A stretch of DNA of 64,000 nucleotides from Thermoplasmata archaeon (GCA_023256615.1 JAGDXO010000034.1:3310-67309), one strand, 5' to 3'. Positions 28,215 through 36,292 are shown, counted from the first letter of the stretch. Numbers and translations are program-made. The notes: generated by a model not told the origin, from the letters alone.

Positions 28215-28850
28215 ATGATACCTAAATATTCAATAGCCATCTTAAATAATGATATAGATCATATATTGAAGCCTTTTCTCTCTGATATTCCAAAGGTTAA
28301 TAAACTTATAATTATAACCAGTAAAATTGCAGATTATAATGAATCAAAAAATAAAATTAATTTATTTCTGGATATGATTGACGTAAAAGTAGACTATGTA
28401 TATGTGGGGGATATTACCAATTTCTTTCAAATTTTCCTTACAATAAGATCAATATGCAATAAATATGGCGAACCGGAATGGGTTAATATCTCCTGCGGAT
28501 CTGGCATCGGAATGGCTGCTTTGGCCGTTCATGCAGTTAATAGAAATATGAAGATGGTTGCATATGAGAAGGACATAGATAAATCATTCATGATTAATGT
28601 TAAGAAATTGCAAAAAATTAATGTGTTTGATCCAAGATATTATAATTTGATTCATTCAATTGGAGAAGGAGTAGATACAATAAAGAAATTATCAGAACTA
28701 TATTTAATAAATAAATCAACCGTTTCAAGAAGATTGAATAACTTGATTTTAATGGAAATAATTACTAAAAAAGGTAAAGGTAAAAACGGAAATGTCTATA
28801 CTTTTTCCCTATCAGATTTCGGAAGGATGCTCTTATTGACAGGTAAATAA
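28215..28850 (+). CDS. Csa3-like regulator: CARF-type Rossmann-like N-domain plus C-terminal winged HTH
   Basis: The layout parallels Sulfolobus Csa3: ..DITNFFQIF...EPEWVNISCGSGIGMAALAV.. then ..IKKLSELYLINKSTVSRRLNNL...KKGKGKNG.YTFSLSDFG. The ORF-track start at 28155 is TTG; the first ATG is at 28215. Confidence 0.55.
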   Translation: MIPKYSIAILNNDIDHILKPFLSDIPKVNKLIIITSKIADYNESKNKINLFLDMIDVKVDYVYVGDITNFFQIFLTIRSICNKYGEPEWVNISCGSGIGMAALAVHAVNRNMKMVAYEKDIDKSFMINVKKLQKINVFDPRYYNLIHSIGEGVDTIKKLSELYLINKSTVSRRLNNLILMEIITKKGKGKNGNVYTFSLSDFGRMLLLTGK

Positions 28851-29322
28851 GTTTTAACTATTACATTAGATATTCAGGACAGGAATTAGAACAAAATATG
28901 GTACTAAAAATAGATATAGTTCATTTCTTTAATTTAGGAAAATTAATATTTCGATCCCATAGCATTAATAACAATTCATCGTATTTCCCTATTGCTGGAG
29001 CCTAAGAGTTCACTATATCTTTATAATTTAAGATTTCTCAAATCCATAAGTTCAACGAAAGCATTAAAATTTAGCCTTATTGAAATTACCGAAGTTTTTC
29101 ATCAGATAATCTTAAAAGGATTTTGAATTTAGGAATATTTAGAGCACGCATAATAAGCATAAGCTATGAAAAAACCATTTTATTATTTTAGTTAACTATC
29201 TAAATGATTGCAATCCTGATGAGACCCTCCGAATTAATAAACCTAGGTATAGATTTATTTAAGGACTTACCCAAAATCTATCGTATTACAGATTGTAACA
29301 ACAATATTTTTAAATAAATAGT

Positions 29323-29327
29323 AAAAA
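29323..29327 (-). terminator. oligo-T tract directly 3' of tRNA-Arg
   Basis: A5 on the + strand gives T5 on the - strand, directly after the discriminator base. Confidence 0.35.
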
Positions 29328-29402
29328 CGAGCCCTCCGGGATTTGAACCCGGGTCTCTGGCTCCGAAGGCCAGAAGGATGATCCAGACTACCCCAAGGGC
29401 CC
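29328..29402 (-). tRNA. tRNA-Arg (anticodon UCG)
   Basis: The reverse complement has acceptor GGGCCCT/AGGGCTC (one G-U pair), anticodon stem CTGGC/GCCAG, loop CTTCGGA, T-arm CCGGG-TTCAAAT-CCCGG and discriminator G. Confidence 0.88.
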
Positions 29403-29525
29403 AATGATTTATTATAACAACACTATAAGACTTTTGGATATTTTTCCATGAACCTTTAGATATTTTTTAAGGAGGTTAATCTCTTAATGCATGAAATATT
29501 AATATAACGTATATAATATCAGAAC

Positions 29526-30269
29526 GTGGATCTAGGATACAGATGTCTTACAGGAATCTCTGGTCTTGACACTTTACTAAATGGAGGGATTCCAAGAGGG
29601 AATTCAGTACTTGTTAGTGGGTCTTGTGGCACAGGCAAAACAACTATAAGCCTGGAGTTCTTAATAAGGGGTGCTGAGAAAAATGAGAGAGGCCTGTATG
29701 TTTCAGCAACTGAAATAAGTACAAATGTTATGAAGAATATGGTTCCTTTTGGCTTTTTTAAACAGGAGTACTTCGACAATAATATGATAGAGGTCATTGA
29801 TATACCAAACATATACAACGAACTTGGATTCGAGAGGATGGAATTCGAAAGTGAGGATATTGAAAGAATTGTAAATTTTATTGGAGACAAGATTGAGAAA
29901 GATAAGATTCAGAGACTAGTTGTGGATTCATTAACTTCTATATGTTATAGATTGAGGACTGAAGAAAAAATAAGAGACTTTATTCTAAAGCTTGAGAAGA
30001 AAGTTAATGAAAATAAAACAACTGCTATACTGGTTTCAGAGCTTCTTCCAAGTGCAAAGGGTTATTCTCAGTACGGAGTTGAGGAAGCTGTAGCAGATGG
30101 AATAATTTTACTAGGCAATTTGAAAAGGAGAGGAGACCTCCTGAGAACACTTCAGATAATTAAAATGAGAGGGACATCTCATTCAAGGGCTGAATATGTA
30201 ATGGATATTACAACAATTGGGATTCTGATATCTCCACTATTAAAGGGAGGGACGGTGAATAATCAATGA
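29526..30269 (+). CDS. KaiC/RecA-superfamily single-domain ATPase
   Basis: LTGISGLDTLLNGGIPRG, Walker A GSCGTGKT, Walker B-like RLVVDSLTS, and a C-terminal IIKMRGTSHS. It has a GTG start, the only start-like codon after the in-frame TAA at 29514. An AT-rich TATA-like tract lies ~25 nt upstream, so the mRNA may be leaderless. Confidence 0.8.
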   Translation: MDLGYRCLTGISGLDTLLNGGIPRGNSVLVSGSCGTGKTTISLEFLIRGAEKNERGLYVSATEISTNVMKNMVPFGFFKQEYFDNNMIEVIDIPNIYNELGFERMEFESEDIERIVNFIGDKIEKDKIQRLVVDSLTSICYRLRTEEKIRDFILKLEKKVNENKTTAILVSELLPSAKGYSQYGVEEAVADGIILLGNLKRRGDLLRTLQIIKMRGTSHSRAEYVMDITTIGILISPLLKGGTVNNQ

Positions 30270-30811
30270 TAACTAAGGAAATAATAACTCAAACTATTGA
30301 GGAAAATGGAGTCGTTCTTGTAAAATCGAACCTAAAGGAATATTTTAAAACTATAATGGAGATTATAAATGCTGCAAATGAAAAAAATGCTTATTTATTC
30401 TATATATCAATAACAATTCCTTCTTCCATATTAAAGAAAGTGATTGAAAGTTATGGGCAAAATCTTGAGAAAACCTATTTTATAGATAGTACAGCATATT
30501 CATTTGGCTCTCAGAATGATGAAAAGACAATAGTGGTAGAATCTCCAACTATGCTTGAAACACTCATAATTAAGGTTCAATATCTTCAAAAGATAACCAA
30601 TAATCAACCTGCTTTTATAGTAATGGATTCTGCGAATTCCCTAGCTATTCATAATGATCTGAATATTCTAAGTGAGTTTTTCCACGTGCTAATAACAATG
30701 CTCAGATCAAGTGATACGAAGCTTTTTGTGGTCAGTATTTCAGAACAACTCACACCAGAACTTTCTAATGTACTGGAATTAATTAGTGATGTGACACTAA
30801 CTGGTAGTTAG
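30266..30811 (+). CDS. degenerate KaiC/RecA-like protein lacking a P-loop (inactivated paralogue of the upstream ATPase)
   Basis: The ATG overlaps the upstream stop (ATGA). It aligns colinearly with the upstream gene: VLVKSNLKEYFKTIMEIINAANEKNAYLFYIS vs VLVSGSCGTGKTTISLEFLIRGAEKNERGLYVS, and FIVMDSANS vs RLVVDSLTS. The GxxGxGKT motif is absent. Confidence 0.6.
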   Translation: MITKEIITQTIEENGVVLVKSNLKEYFKTIMEIINAANEKNAYLFYISITIPSSILKKVIESYGQNLEKTYFIDSTAYSFGSQNDEKTIVVESPTMLETLIIKVQYLQKITNNQPAFIVMDSANSLAIHNDLNILSEFFHVLITMLRSSDTKLFVVSISEQLTPELSNVLELISDVTLTGS

Positions 30812-30840
30812 ATTTTTATTGTTGTATCTATAAAGGATTA

Positions 30841-30913
30841 GCGAGCGTGGTGTAGCCTGGTAACACGCGAGCTTGCCAAGCTCATGCCCCGGGTTCAAAT
30901 CCCGGCGCTCGCA
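30841..30913 (+). tRNA. tRNA-Gly (anticodon GCC)
   Basis: Acceptor GCGAGCG/CGCTCGC, D-arm GTGT/ACAC, anticodon loop TTGCCAA (stem with one C-A mismatch at 27:43), T-arm CCGGG-TTCAAAT-CCCGG and discriminator A. Confidence 0.85.
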
Positions 30914-30955
30914 TCAAGGGTTCAGGAGATGTTTTATGCAATTGCTAATGTTAAG

Positions 30956-32005
30956 TCATAAAAAATTATATTCTTTCATAACCTCTTCAACATTCTGAAC
31001 CAGAGTTATTGTGTTTGTGTGCTTAGCCCTTGAGGGTTCACTCCAGTGTTTCTTTAATCCCTTGAGGAATTCTATCTGATTTCTTCCAGGAATAATATAA
31101 TAATTTTCAATGATACCTTTTCCGTTTGAATAGCCCCAGTAAAAGAATGATCCTCCTGTCGGATAGAGAACATCATTGTAAATATCTGAAAACCATTTTG
31201 ATTTCAATTCAAATTCAACAAGCTTTGTATTGGAACCGTTTCCCTCTATGATTATTTTATCCACATTACCTTTTATTTCCTCGGATTTTAACTCTGCCAC
31301 CATCCTTCCAATAAGACCTTTAGTATCAGGATCAAAATACTTTGGTTTGAATGACATCTCATTCTGGAATATTCCTCTATTCTCATTCTTCAATTCTTCC
31401 TCAGTCATTCTCCATTCAGTTTTGATCAAGATGAATTTTGAATAATCGAGCCTGAATGATTTCATCAGTTTGAAGAATGATGGTTCAGAGTATGATGTTT
31501 CCTTTGCAAGAAATAATAAATCCACCTGAAAGGGAGTATTAGTGATGTATTCCATCAACAGGGAAGTCACTTCTGATGAAACCTTTTCTGGGAACTTGTA
31601 TGCGAACAGTGTATCATGTTCACCGAGCATAACGAAAGAGTATAACACTCCACCTGGAAGGTTTACAACTCCGTTGAAGAAATCGTTTGTTGTTTTTAGA
31701 ACCTTCCTTCTCAGGAATTTACCCTCCTTCTCTATAAATTGATCATGTGATTCATTTTTCAATAATTTTCTGTATTCATCCTTCAATCCATCAACAATCT
31801 TCAGGATATCATCATCGGGGAGGAATTTTAGTTTATCTATATAGATATACCATTCACCTTCCCTTCTTATCAAACCTCCTGTGAAATAGTCAGACTTTCC
31901 CCTTTCAAATATTATATCTTTGTATTTTGAAGGAACGGGATTTGGTATTGAACCCTTAAATATCGAAATGTATCCATCCTTAGGTTCAAAATGTATTTCT
32001 TCCAC
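30956..32005 (-). CDS. uncharacterised 349-aa cytoplasmic protein (paralogue A of a divergent pair)
   Basis: A long uninterrupted ORF with no TM helix or signal peptide. It shares colinear anchors with the ORF at 32191-33210. I can assign no known domain by eye. Confidence 0.6.
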   Translation of the reverse strand: MEEIHFEPKDGYISIFKGSIPNPVPSKYKDIIFERGKSDYFTGGLIRREGEWYIYIDKLKFLPDDDILKIVDGLKDEYRKLLKNESHDQFIEKEGKFLRRKVLKTTNDFFNGVVNLPGGVLYSFVMLGEHDTLFAYKFPEKVSSEVTSLLMEYITNTPFQVDLLFLAKETSYSEPSFFKLMKSFRLDYSKFILIKTEWRMTEEELKNENRGIFQNEMSFKPKYFDPDTKGLIGRMVAELKSEEIKGNVDKIIIEGNGSNTKLVEFELKSKWFSDIYNDVLYPTGGSFFYWGYSNGKGIIENYYIIPGRNQIEFLKGLKKHWSEPSRAKHTNTITLVQNVEEVMKEYNFL

Positions 32006-32190
32006 TATTTAAGAATATCAATGCATAATTAAATATTTTTCGATAAAAAGTTATTTTTCAGTTTTAGGGCTTTTATTATTTAATGAATAACCTTAATTTT
32101 ATTTAAATTTCCTGATTTTCGGAGTGTCTTCAAATATTTTTTGTATGGTTATATTTATATAGCTACTATCATTATATAATGTAGAATAAA

Positions 32191-33210
32191 ATGCAAAAAT
32201 CATGTAACGATAAAATGGGCGGGGGTATGGTTTTATTGAGAATATATTTTAACAGTTTCATCCCAGAAAAGTATCATAATATAATTTTCGCCGATGACTC
32301 TTTGGAAAGATACGAGGCTAAGGTGCTAAACCATCATAATAAATGGTATATTTTAAATGACAGGCTTAAAACACTTCCATCAGAAGAGCTTGAGAATATT
32401 GTAAATAGTCTTAACTCAGAATCAGAAAGGCGTGGATTTCATCCTAATGCATTCCTTAATGAAAAAACCATTTACAGAGGAGCCACACCAGCTACAGATT
32501 CCTTTCTAAATAAGATTGCAGAAATGAAAGGAACTTTCATGTGTCCAATATGTCTCGTGGGATCCAAGGATGTAAATATCGGGTTTGAATTTGATGATAC
32601 TACTGTTGGGGAAGTTACAACAACAATACTAGATTTTATAAAGGGAACTAAATTAAAAGTCGATGTTGTTAAGATGGGTCATCTGGATGATTTCAATGTT
32701 TCTTCCTTCAAATATTTCCACGAATTGTCAAATTACGATCTCTCAGGATCAAGTGTAATATCATTTAGAATATTTAAATCGGATAATTACAGACCCTTAA
32801 ATGATGAACAAGTAAAATGCATAACTTTGAAACCAAAGTTCCTGGGTATCAGAGCTAATGATAAATTTAATAGTATTCTAATTGGCAGAATTGAAGATGA
32901 AGATATTCCTTTACCTTTAATTCAAAAAAATCCTTCAATGATTGAAAACAAAAAAGGGCGTTCAATAGAATTAGATGGGAATTTATTCCCTCCTTTATCA
33001 CCTTTTTTAATTCTGGCAAATGAACTTACAATGCCGGTTTATCTTTGGTTCAACGTTTATACGGAGAGTTATTTGGAAGCTAATTTTGTAATACATACAG
33101 CCGATATGAATTACTTTTTTAAGAAATTAACAGAAAAGGTGAAAGATGTCTCTAATATGGGTTTTACCAATCAATTAACATATGTAGGAAGAGCTTCTGA
33201 TTACTTTTAG
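32191..33210 (+). CDS. uncharacterised ~330-aa cytoplasmic protein (paralogue B of a divergent pair)
   Basis: Anchors shared with paralogue A: IP..KY(K/H)(D/N)IIF, (E/K)WYI..D(K/R)LK.LP, L..IV..L..E, and (F/L)KPK(Y)F. Alignment suggests the true start is at the ATG at 32215 or 32227. Confidence 0.6.
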   Translation: MQKSCNDKMGGGMVLLRIYFNSFIPEKYHNIIFADDSLERYEAKVLNHHNKWYILNDRLKTLPSEELENIVNSLNSESERRGFHPNAFLNEKTIYRGATPATDSFLNKIAEMKGTFMCPICLVGSKDVNIGFEFDDTTVGEVTTTILDFIKGTKLKVDVVKMGHLDDFNVSSFKYFHELSNYDLSGSSVISFRIFKSDNYRPLNDEQVKCITLKPKFLGIRANDKFNSILIGRIEDEDIPLPLIQKNPSMIENKKGRSIELDGNLFPPLSPFLILANELTMPVYLWFNVYTESYLEANFVIHTADMNYFFKKLTEKVKDVSNMGFTNQLTYVGRASDYF

Positions 33211-33230
33211 ATTGTTGTTGCATTAAATAT

Positions 33231-34334
33231 TTACCCTTTCTTGATGTATATTGTCAGTCTATCCCCATTTTCTATTACGTGGTCCAGACCAACCCTCTGA
33301 TTAGGGAACTTAACTGATTTACCTGTAACCTGAGCAAATTTGAATTTTTCCAAAAAATCATTGTGTATTGCCCTGCACACATCTTCAACAGTACTTCCAT
33401 CCCTCAGGACAAGTGGTTCATTATTATTTTCCTCCTTGTCGGGAGCTTCAAGATAAATTTTGATCATTTTAATGCTGCTGGCTATCTTTTCCTTTAGCAT
33501 TTCAATGTTCTTCTTTTTGCTTATGGATAAAGGTATAGGGTCTATACCCTGTTTCTTGAGGTTTTCATAAGCCTCCTTAAATTCAGGAAGATCAGATTTA
33601 TTCATTATGAATAGAGCCTTGATATAGCTCCTATTCCCCGTTAGCCCATCTATAAATCTTTCAGGGCTCATATCCTCTCTTATTATTATATCCGCATTTA
33701 CGATTCCGAATTCCCTTGCAACCGCTGAAAATAGTTCCTCATCCACATTAACCTTCCCAGTAGTCATTATGTTTATTCCACCTCTGTCTTTATGAACTAT
33801 GGACATCTTTGGCGGTCTTTCATTTATTCTTATCCCTGTCTTATAAAGTTCGGAGAGTATGTAATTAACACTGTATTTAAAAGGATCCAGTGTTATCAGG
33901 ATCAGATCAACATTCCTCAGTACAGAAATAACCTCTCTCCCCCTCCCTTTTCCTTCATTTGCCCCTTCTATAATTCCAGGTAGATCAAGAATCCTGAATT
34001 TCATGTCCTTATATTCCATCACTCCTGGCACAATAGTCAACGTAGTAAAATCAAATTCACCCACCCTGCTCTCAGCATTGGTTATAGCATTCAATATACT
34101 GCTTTTACCCACAGAGGGAGGACCGAGTAATGCTACGGTCGGGTATATCCCCTTCTTAATGAAGAAACCAGTTCCTCCCCCTTTCCTTGATCTCTCTTCC
34201 CTGACCTTTTCCAGCTTTGCCAGCTTAGCTTTGAGCCTGCCTATATGATGTTCAGTTGCCTTATTATACTGTGTCTTGTGTATCTCGTCTTCAAGACGCT
34301 TGATTTCATCATCTATATTTGGCATTTGTTTCAA
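33231..34334 (-). CDS. DRG/OBG-family GTPase with C-terminal TGS domain
   Basis: G1 GPPSVGKSS, FTTL, G3 DLPGIIEGA, NK.D, and a C-terminal TGS-like segment (VEDVCRAIH..F). Confidence 0.88.
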   Translation of the reverse strand: MKQMPNIDDEIKRLEDEIHKTQYNKATEHHIGRLKAKLAKLEKVREERSRKGGGTGFFIKKGIYPTVALLGPPSVGKSSILNAITNAESRVGEFDFTTLTIVPGVMEYKDMKFRILDLPGIIEGANEGKGRGREVISVLRNVDLILITLDPFKYSVNYILSELYKTGIRINERPPKMSIVHKDRGGINIMTTGKVNVDEELFSAVAREFGIVNADIIIREDMSPERFIDGLTGNRSYIKALFIMNKSDLPEFKEAYENLKKQGIDPIPLSISKKKNIEMLKEKIASSIKMIKIYLEAPDKEENNNEPLVLRDGSTVEDVCRAIHNDFLEKFKFAQVTGKSVKFPNQRVGLDHVIENGDRLTIYIKKG

Positions 34335-34845
34335 CTCTTACAAGTGTTAATTGCTCAAAGTCGTAGGTTATGGATCTCACATTATTAAATTTTAAATCAG
34401 AATAATATTCTTTGTCAATTGGTGCAGTTGAACTCTCCAAATAGTATAGAATTCTGCAATGTTTTTGTCCTTCTTTTATGAAAGATTTTATCATTTCATT
34501 TCCCTCCTTCCCTCCAGTCCATGCAGGATCGTCTGGAAATTCACTTGGAAGATACGGAGGATTGAATATACAGAAATCAAAGAGATTACAGATTCCATCA
34601 AACAGATTTGTTCTTATTACGTTAACCTTCAATCCATTTTTTACTGCATTATTTCTTGTACACACAACAGCTTCGCCAGATATGTCCACTGCAGTTATAT
34701 TACATCCCTTTTTGGCATAATGCAAGGTTATAATACCTGTACCTGAGCCTATTTCAATAACATTCCCTTTTATTTCCTCTATATTTAGAAATAAATATGA
34801 ATCGTCATCAGGGTCATATACACCGTCACACCTTTTTATGGTCAT
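34309..34845 (-). CDS. HemK/Mtq2-like N5-glutamine methyltransferase
   Basis: SAM motif IEIGSGTGI and catalytic FNPPYLP. About 178 aa, the typical archaeal Mtq2 size. Confidence 0.75.
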   Translation of the reverse strand: MTIKRCDGVYDPDDDSYLFLNIEEIKGNVIEIGSGTGIITLHYAKKGCNITAVDISGEAVVCTRNNAVKNGLKVNVIRTNLFDGICNLFDFCIFNPPYLPSEFPDDPAWTGGKEGNEMIKSFIKEGQKHCRILYYLESSTAPIDKEYYSDLKFNNVRSITYDFEQLTLVRVETNAKYR

Positions 34846-35498
34846 AAATTTAGGGCTTCCTCTATGTTGGAAATTTCTATTGTTGTACTATCCTCTCCAA
34901 TGAGTGCACCCTTGCTATTTGCAACAACGGATGCTCCAACATACAGACTACCGAAATTTGCTGTTCCAATTTTTCCTTTCACACCAAAGAAATTGCTCAT
35001 TTCATCAATTTCTTCATCACTCATGCTCGGAGGGAGAATAAGACCCTGCGTTGTAATAAGTCCACATGACCCTATGGTCTTAATTTCTCCGAACGAGCCC
35101 TTCCTTACTTCTACGTCCAAAATATCCTCTATTACTCTCAGAGATTTCCTGTCGAAGTCCTCGTGCACCAAAGCAGCTTTATCATTTACAAGAATATCAT
35201 TTCCAAGTGCATTAATCTGATCTTTAAGGAATGCAATATTCAGATCGGAAGGAATTTTGCTCTTTTCCTCATCCGAAGCTATATTGCTCAGTAGTATTCC
35301 CTTTGAATTCATAGCACTCAGAGAACCAAGTAATTTTGTACCTCCTAAGGTCAGCTCTATGAGCTCGGTACCGAGCGACTCTGAGATAATTCTACTCATA
35401 TCCCTGTCCAGATTAGAGGGAACCAGTGTGTATTTTTCCCATGTCCTTAGGTATACTCCCAAAAACGGAGAATTAAAAACCCTTGTCTTCTGAATCAT
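34842..35498 (-). CDS. eif6: translation initiation factor 6 (aIF6)
   Basis: A 218-aa pentein-repeat protein with F.NS.F.G.Y at the N-terminus and repeated GN....N..GALV motifs. It sits in the conserved L39e-L31e-aIF6 arrangement. Confidence 0.88.
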   Translation of the reverse strand: MIQKTRVFNSPFLGVYLRTWEKYTLVPSNLDRDMSRIISESLGTELIELTLGGTKLLGSLSAMNSKGILLSNIASDEEKSKIPSDLNIAFLKDQINALGNDILVNDKAALVHEDFDRKSLRVIEDILDVEVRKGSFGEIKTIGSCGLITTQGLILPPSMSDEEIDEMSNFFGVKGKIGTANFGSLYVGASVVANSKGALIGEDSTTIEISNIEEALNL

Positions 35499-35506
35499 GA
35501 GTATTA

Positions 35507-35770
35507 TCAGTCGGGAAGGAGGACCTCTGCTGAATTATCCTCCTCTATCTTTAAAATTTTGACTTTCAGTTTTTTTGGTGGTTTTTCTATTCCCCTCTGC
35601 CATATGATATGATTTACCTGGTCATCTATCCATACATTTTCCTCTGGCACCTTGACAAACCTTGATACTTTCTTTCTCAGGAGAGATACAGCCGCAGAGC
35701 TCCGCCTCTTCCTGTTAGTATAAACAATTTCCCTCAAAGATATGGTCATATTGATTTCTTTTTCTGCCAA
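35507..35770 (-). CDS. rpl31e: 50S ribosomal protein L31e
   Basis: RKRRSSAAVSLLRKKVSRF....VWIDDQVN..IW.RGI.KPP.K.KV is typical of L31e. The start is either TTG at 35770 or ATG at 35749. Confidence 0.85.
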   Translation of the reverse strand: MAEKEINMTISLREIVYTNRKRRSSAAVSLLRKKVSRFVKVPEENVWIDDQVNHIIWQRGIEKPPKKLKVKILKIEEDNSAEVLLPD

Positions 35771-35775
35771 TTATC

Positions 35776-35931
35776 TCACTCCTTTAACTTATTCCTTCTC
35801 CAGGTTCTTCTTTTTGGGTTTGTTGTAACTCTTCTATTTGTTCTTATCATAACCCAAGCTGGAACTCTGGAATTTTCATTGACTTTTGCCATCAATCGTT
35901 TCTTCATGGCCACATGTTTATTTCTTGCCAT
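35776..35931 (-). CDS. rpl39e: 50S ribosomal protein L39e (51 aa, below the ORF-track cutoff)
   Basis: Manual translation of the - strand gives [51 protein letters not shown]. This is the classic L39e sequence and position, upstream of L31e. Confidence 0.9.
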   Translation of the reverse strand: MARNKHVAMKKRLMAKVNENSRVPAWVMIRTNRRVTTNPKRRTWRRNKLKE

Positions 35932-35937
35932 TCCAAT

Positions 35938-36279
35938 TCATCTCCTTTCAATTTTAATTTCCCTTTTTTCTGTTAACCTGGCTAGTATAGCTTTTAGCTC
36001 ACTGTCGGTTATCATCCTGTTCAACCTTCCTGACTGAGCGAGAGCTATTATCTGATTCTCAACGTTCTCAGCCACTTCAGGTCTTGCAAGTCTCACATTA
36101 GAGAGCCTCTGAATTGCTTCTGGGGTTAATAACCTTTTGAGCAACTCCTGTCTTTCCTTCTGAAGAGCTTTTCTTTCTTCTTCCTCCCTCCTGGAGCTAT
36201 CTTCATTTACCATAGCTTCTTTTTGAAGCTCCATCAATCTTCTCCTTCTCAACTCTTCAAGCTCTCTATCATCCGTCAT
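35938..36279 (-). CDS. PDCD5/TFAR19-like DNA-binding protein
   Basis: ELEELRRRRLMELQ..., LLTPEA..RL.NV.L..PE.A..VE.QII.LAQSG.L...I.. It lies at the conserved archaeal position next to S19e. Confidence 0.8.
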   Translation of the reverse strand: MTDDRELEELRRRRLMELQKEAMVNEDSSRREEEERKALQKERQELLKRLLTPEAIQRLSNVRLARPEVAENVENQIIALAQSGRLNRMITDSELKAILARLTEKREIKIERR

Positions 36280-36292
36280 TTCACATCACCAT

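Noticed and set aside
29216-29231. A C-box-like TGATGA, plus an 11-mer resembling the tRNA-Arg 3' end, considered as a C/D-box sRNA or an att site
   Set aside because: No CTGA D box or terminal stem lies within ~70 nt, so it is not a convincing C/D sRNA. The tRNA-like match is only ~10 of 11 nt with an indel and decays immediately. It is kept only as a low-interest note under the 28851-29327 finding.
29469-29507. A strong SD-like AAGGAGGT followed by a 6-codon mini-ORF (ATG CAT GAA ATA TTA ATA TAA) upstream of the KaiC-like gene
   Set aside because: A 6-codon ORF in AT-rich promoter DNA is most likely chance. It may simply overlap the TATA region of the KaiC-like gene, and there is nothing to support a leader peptide.
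29519-29890. A 123-aa ORF antisense to the KaiC-like gene. Many similar antisense or alternative-frame ORFs exist, for example 183-389, 7160-7528, 9188-9932, 18118-19614, 21902-22243, 22639-23037, 34003-35493, 36309-37445, 50175-50558, 51402-51957 and 53322-53549
   Set aside because: All lie fully inside genes with strong family signatures on the other strand or frame. They have Ser/Pro/Leu/Ile-rich mirror-frame composition and no motifs.
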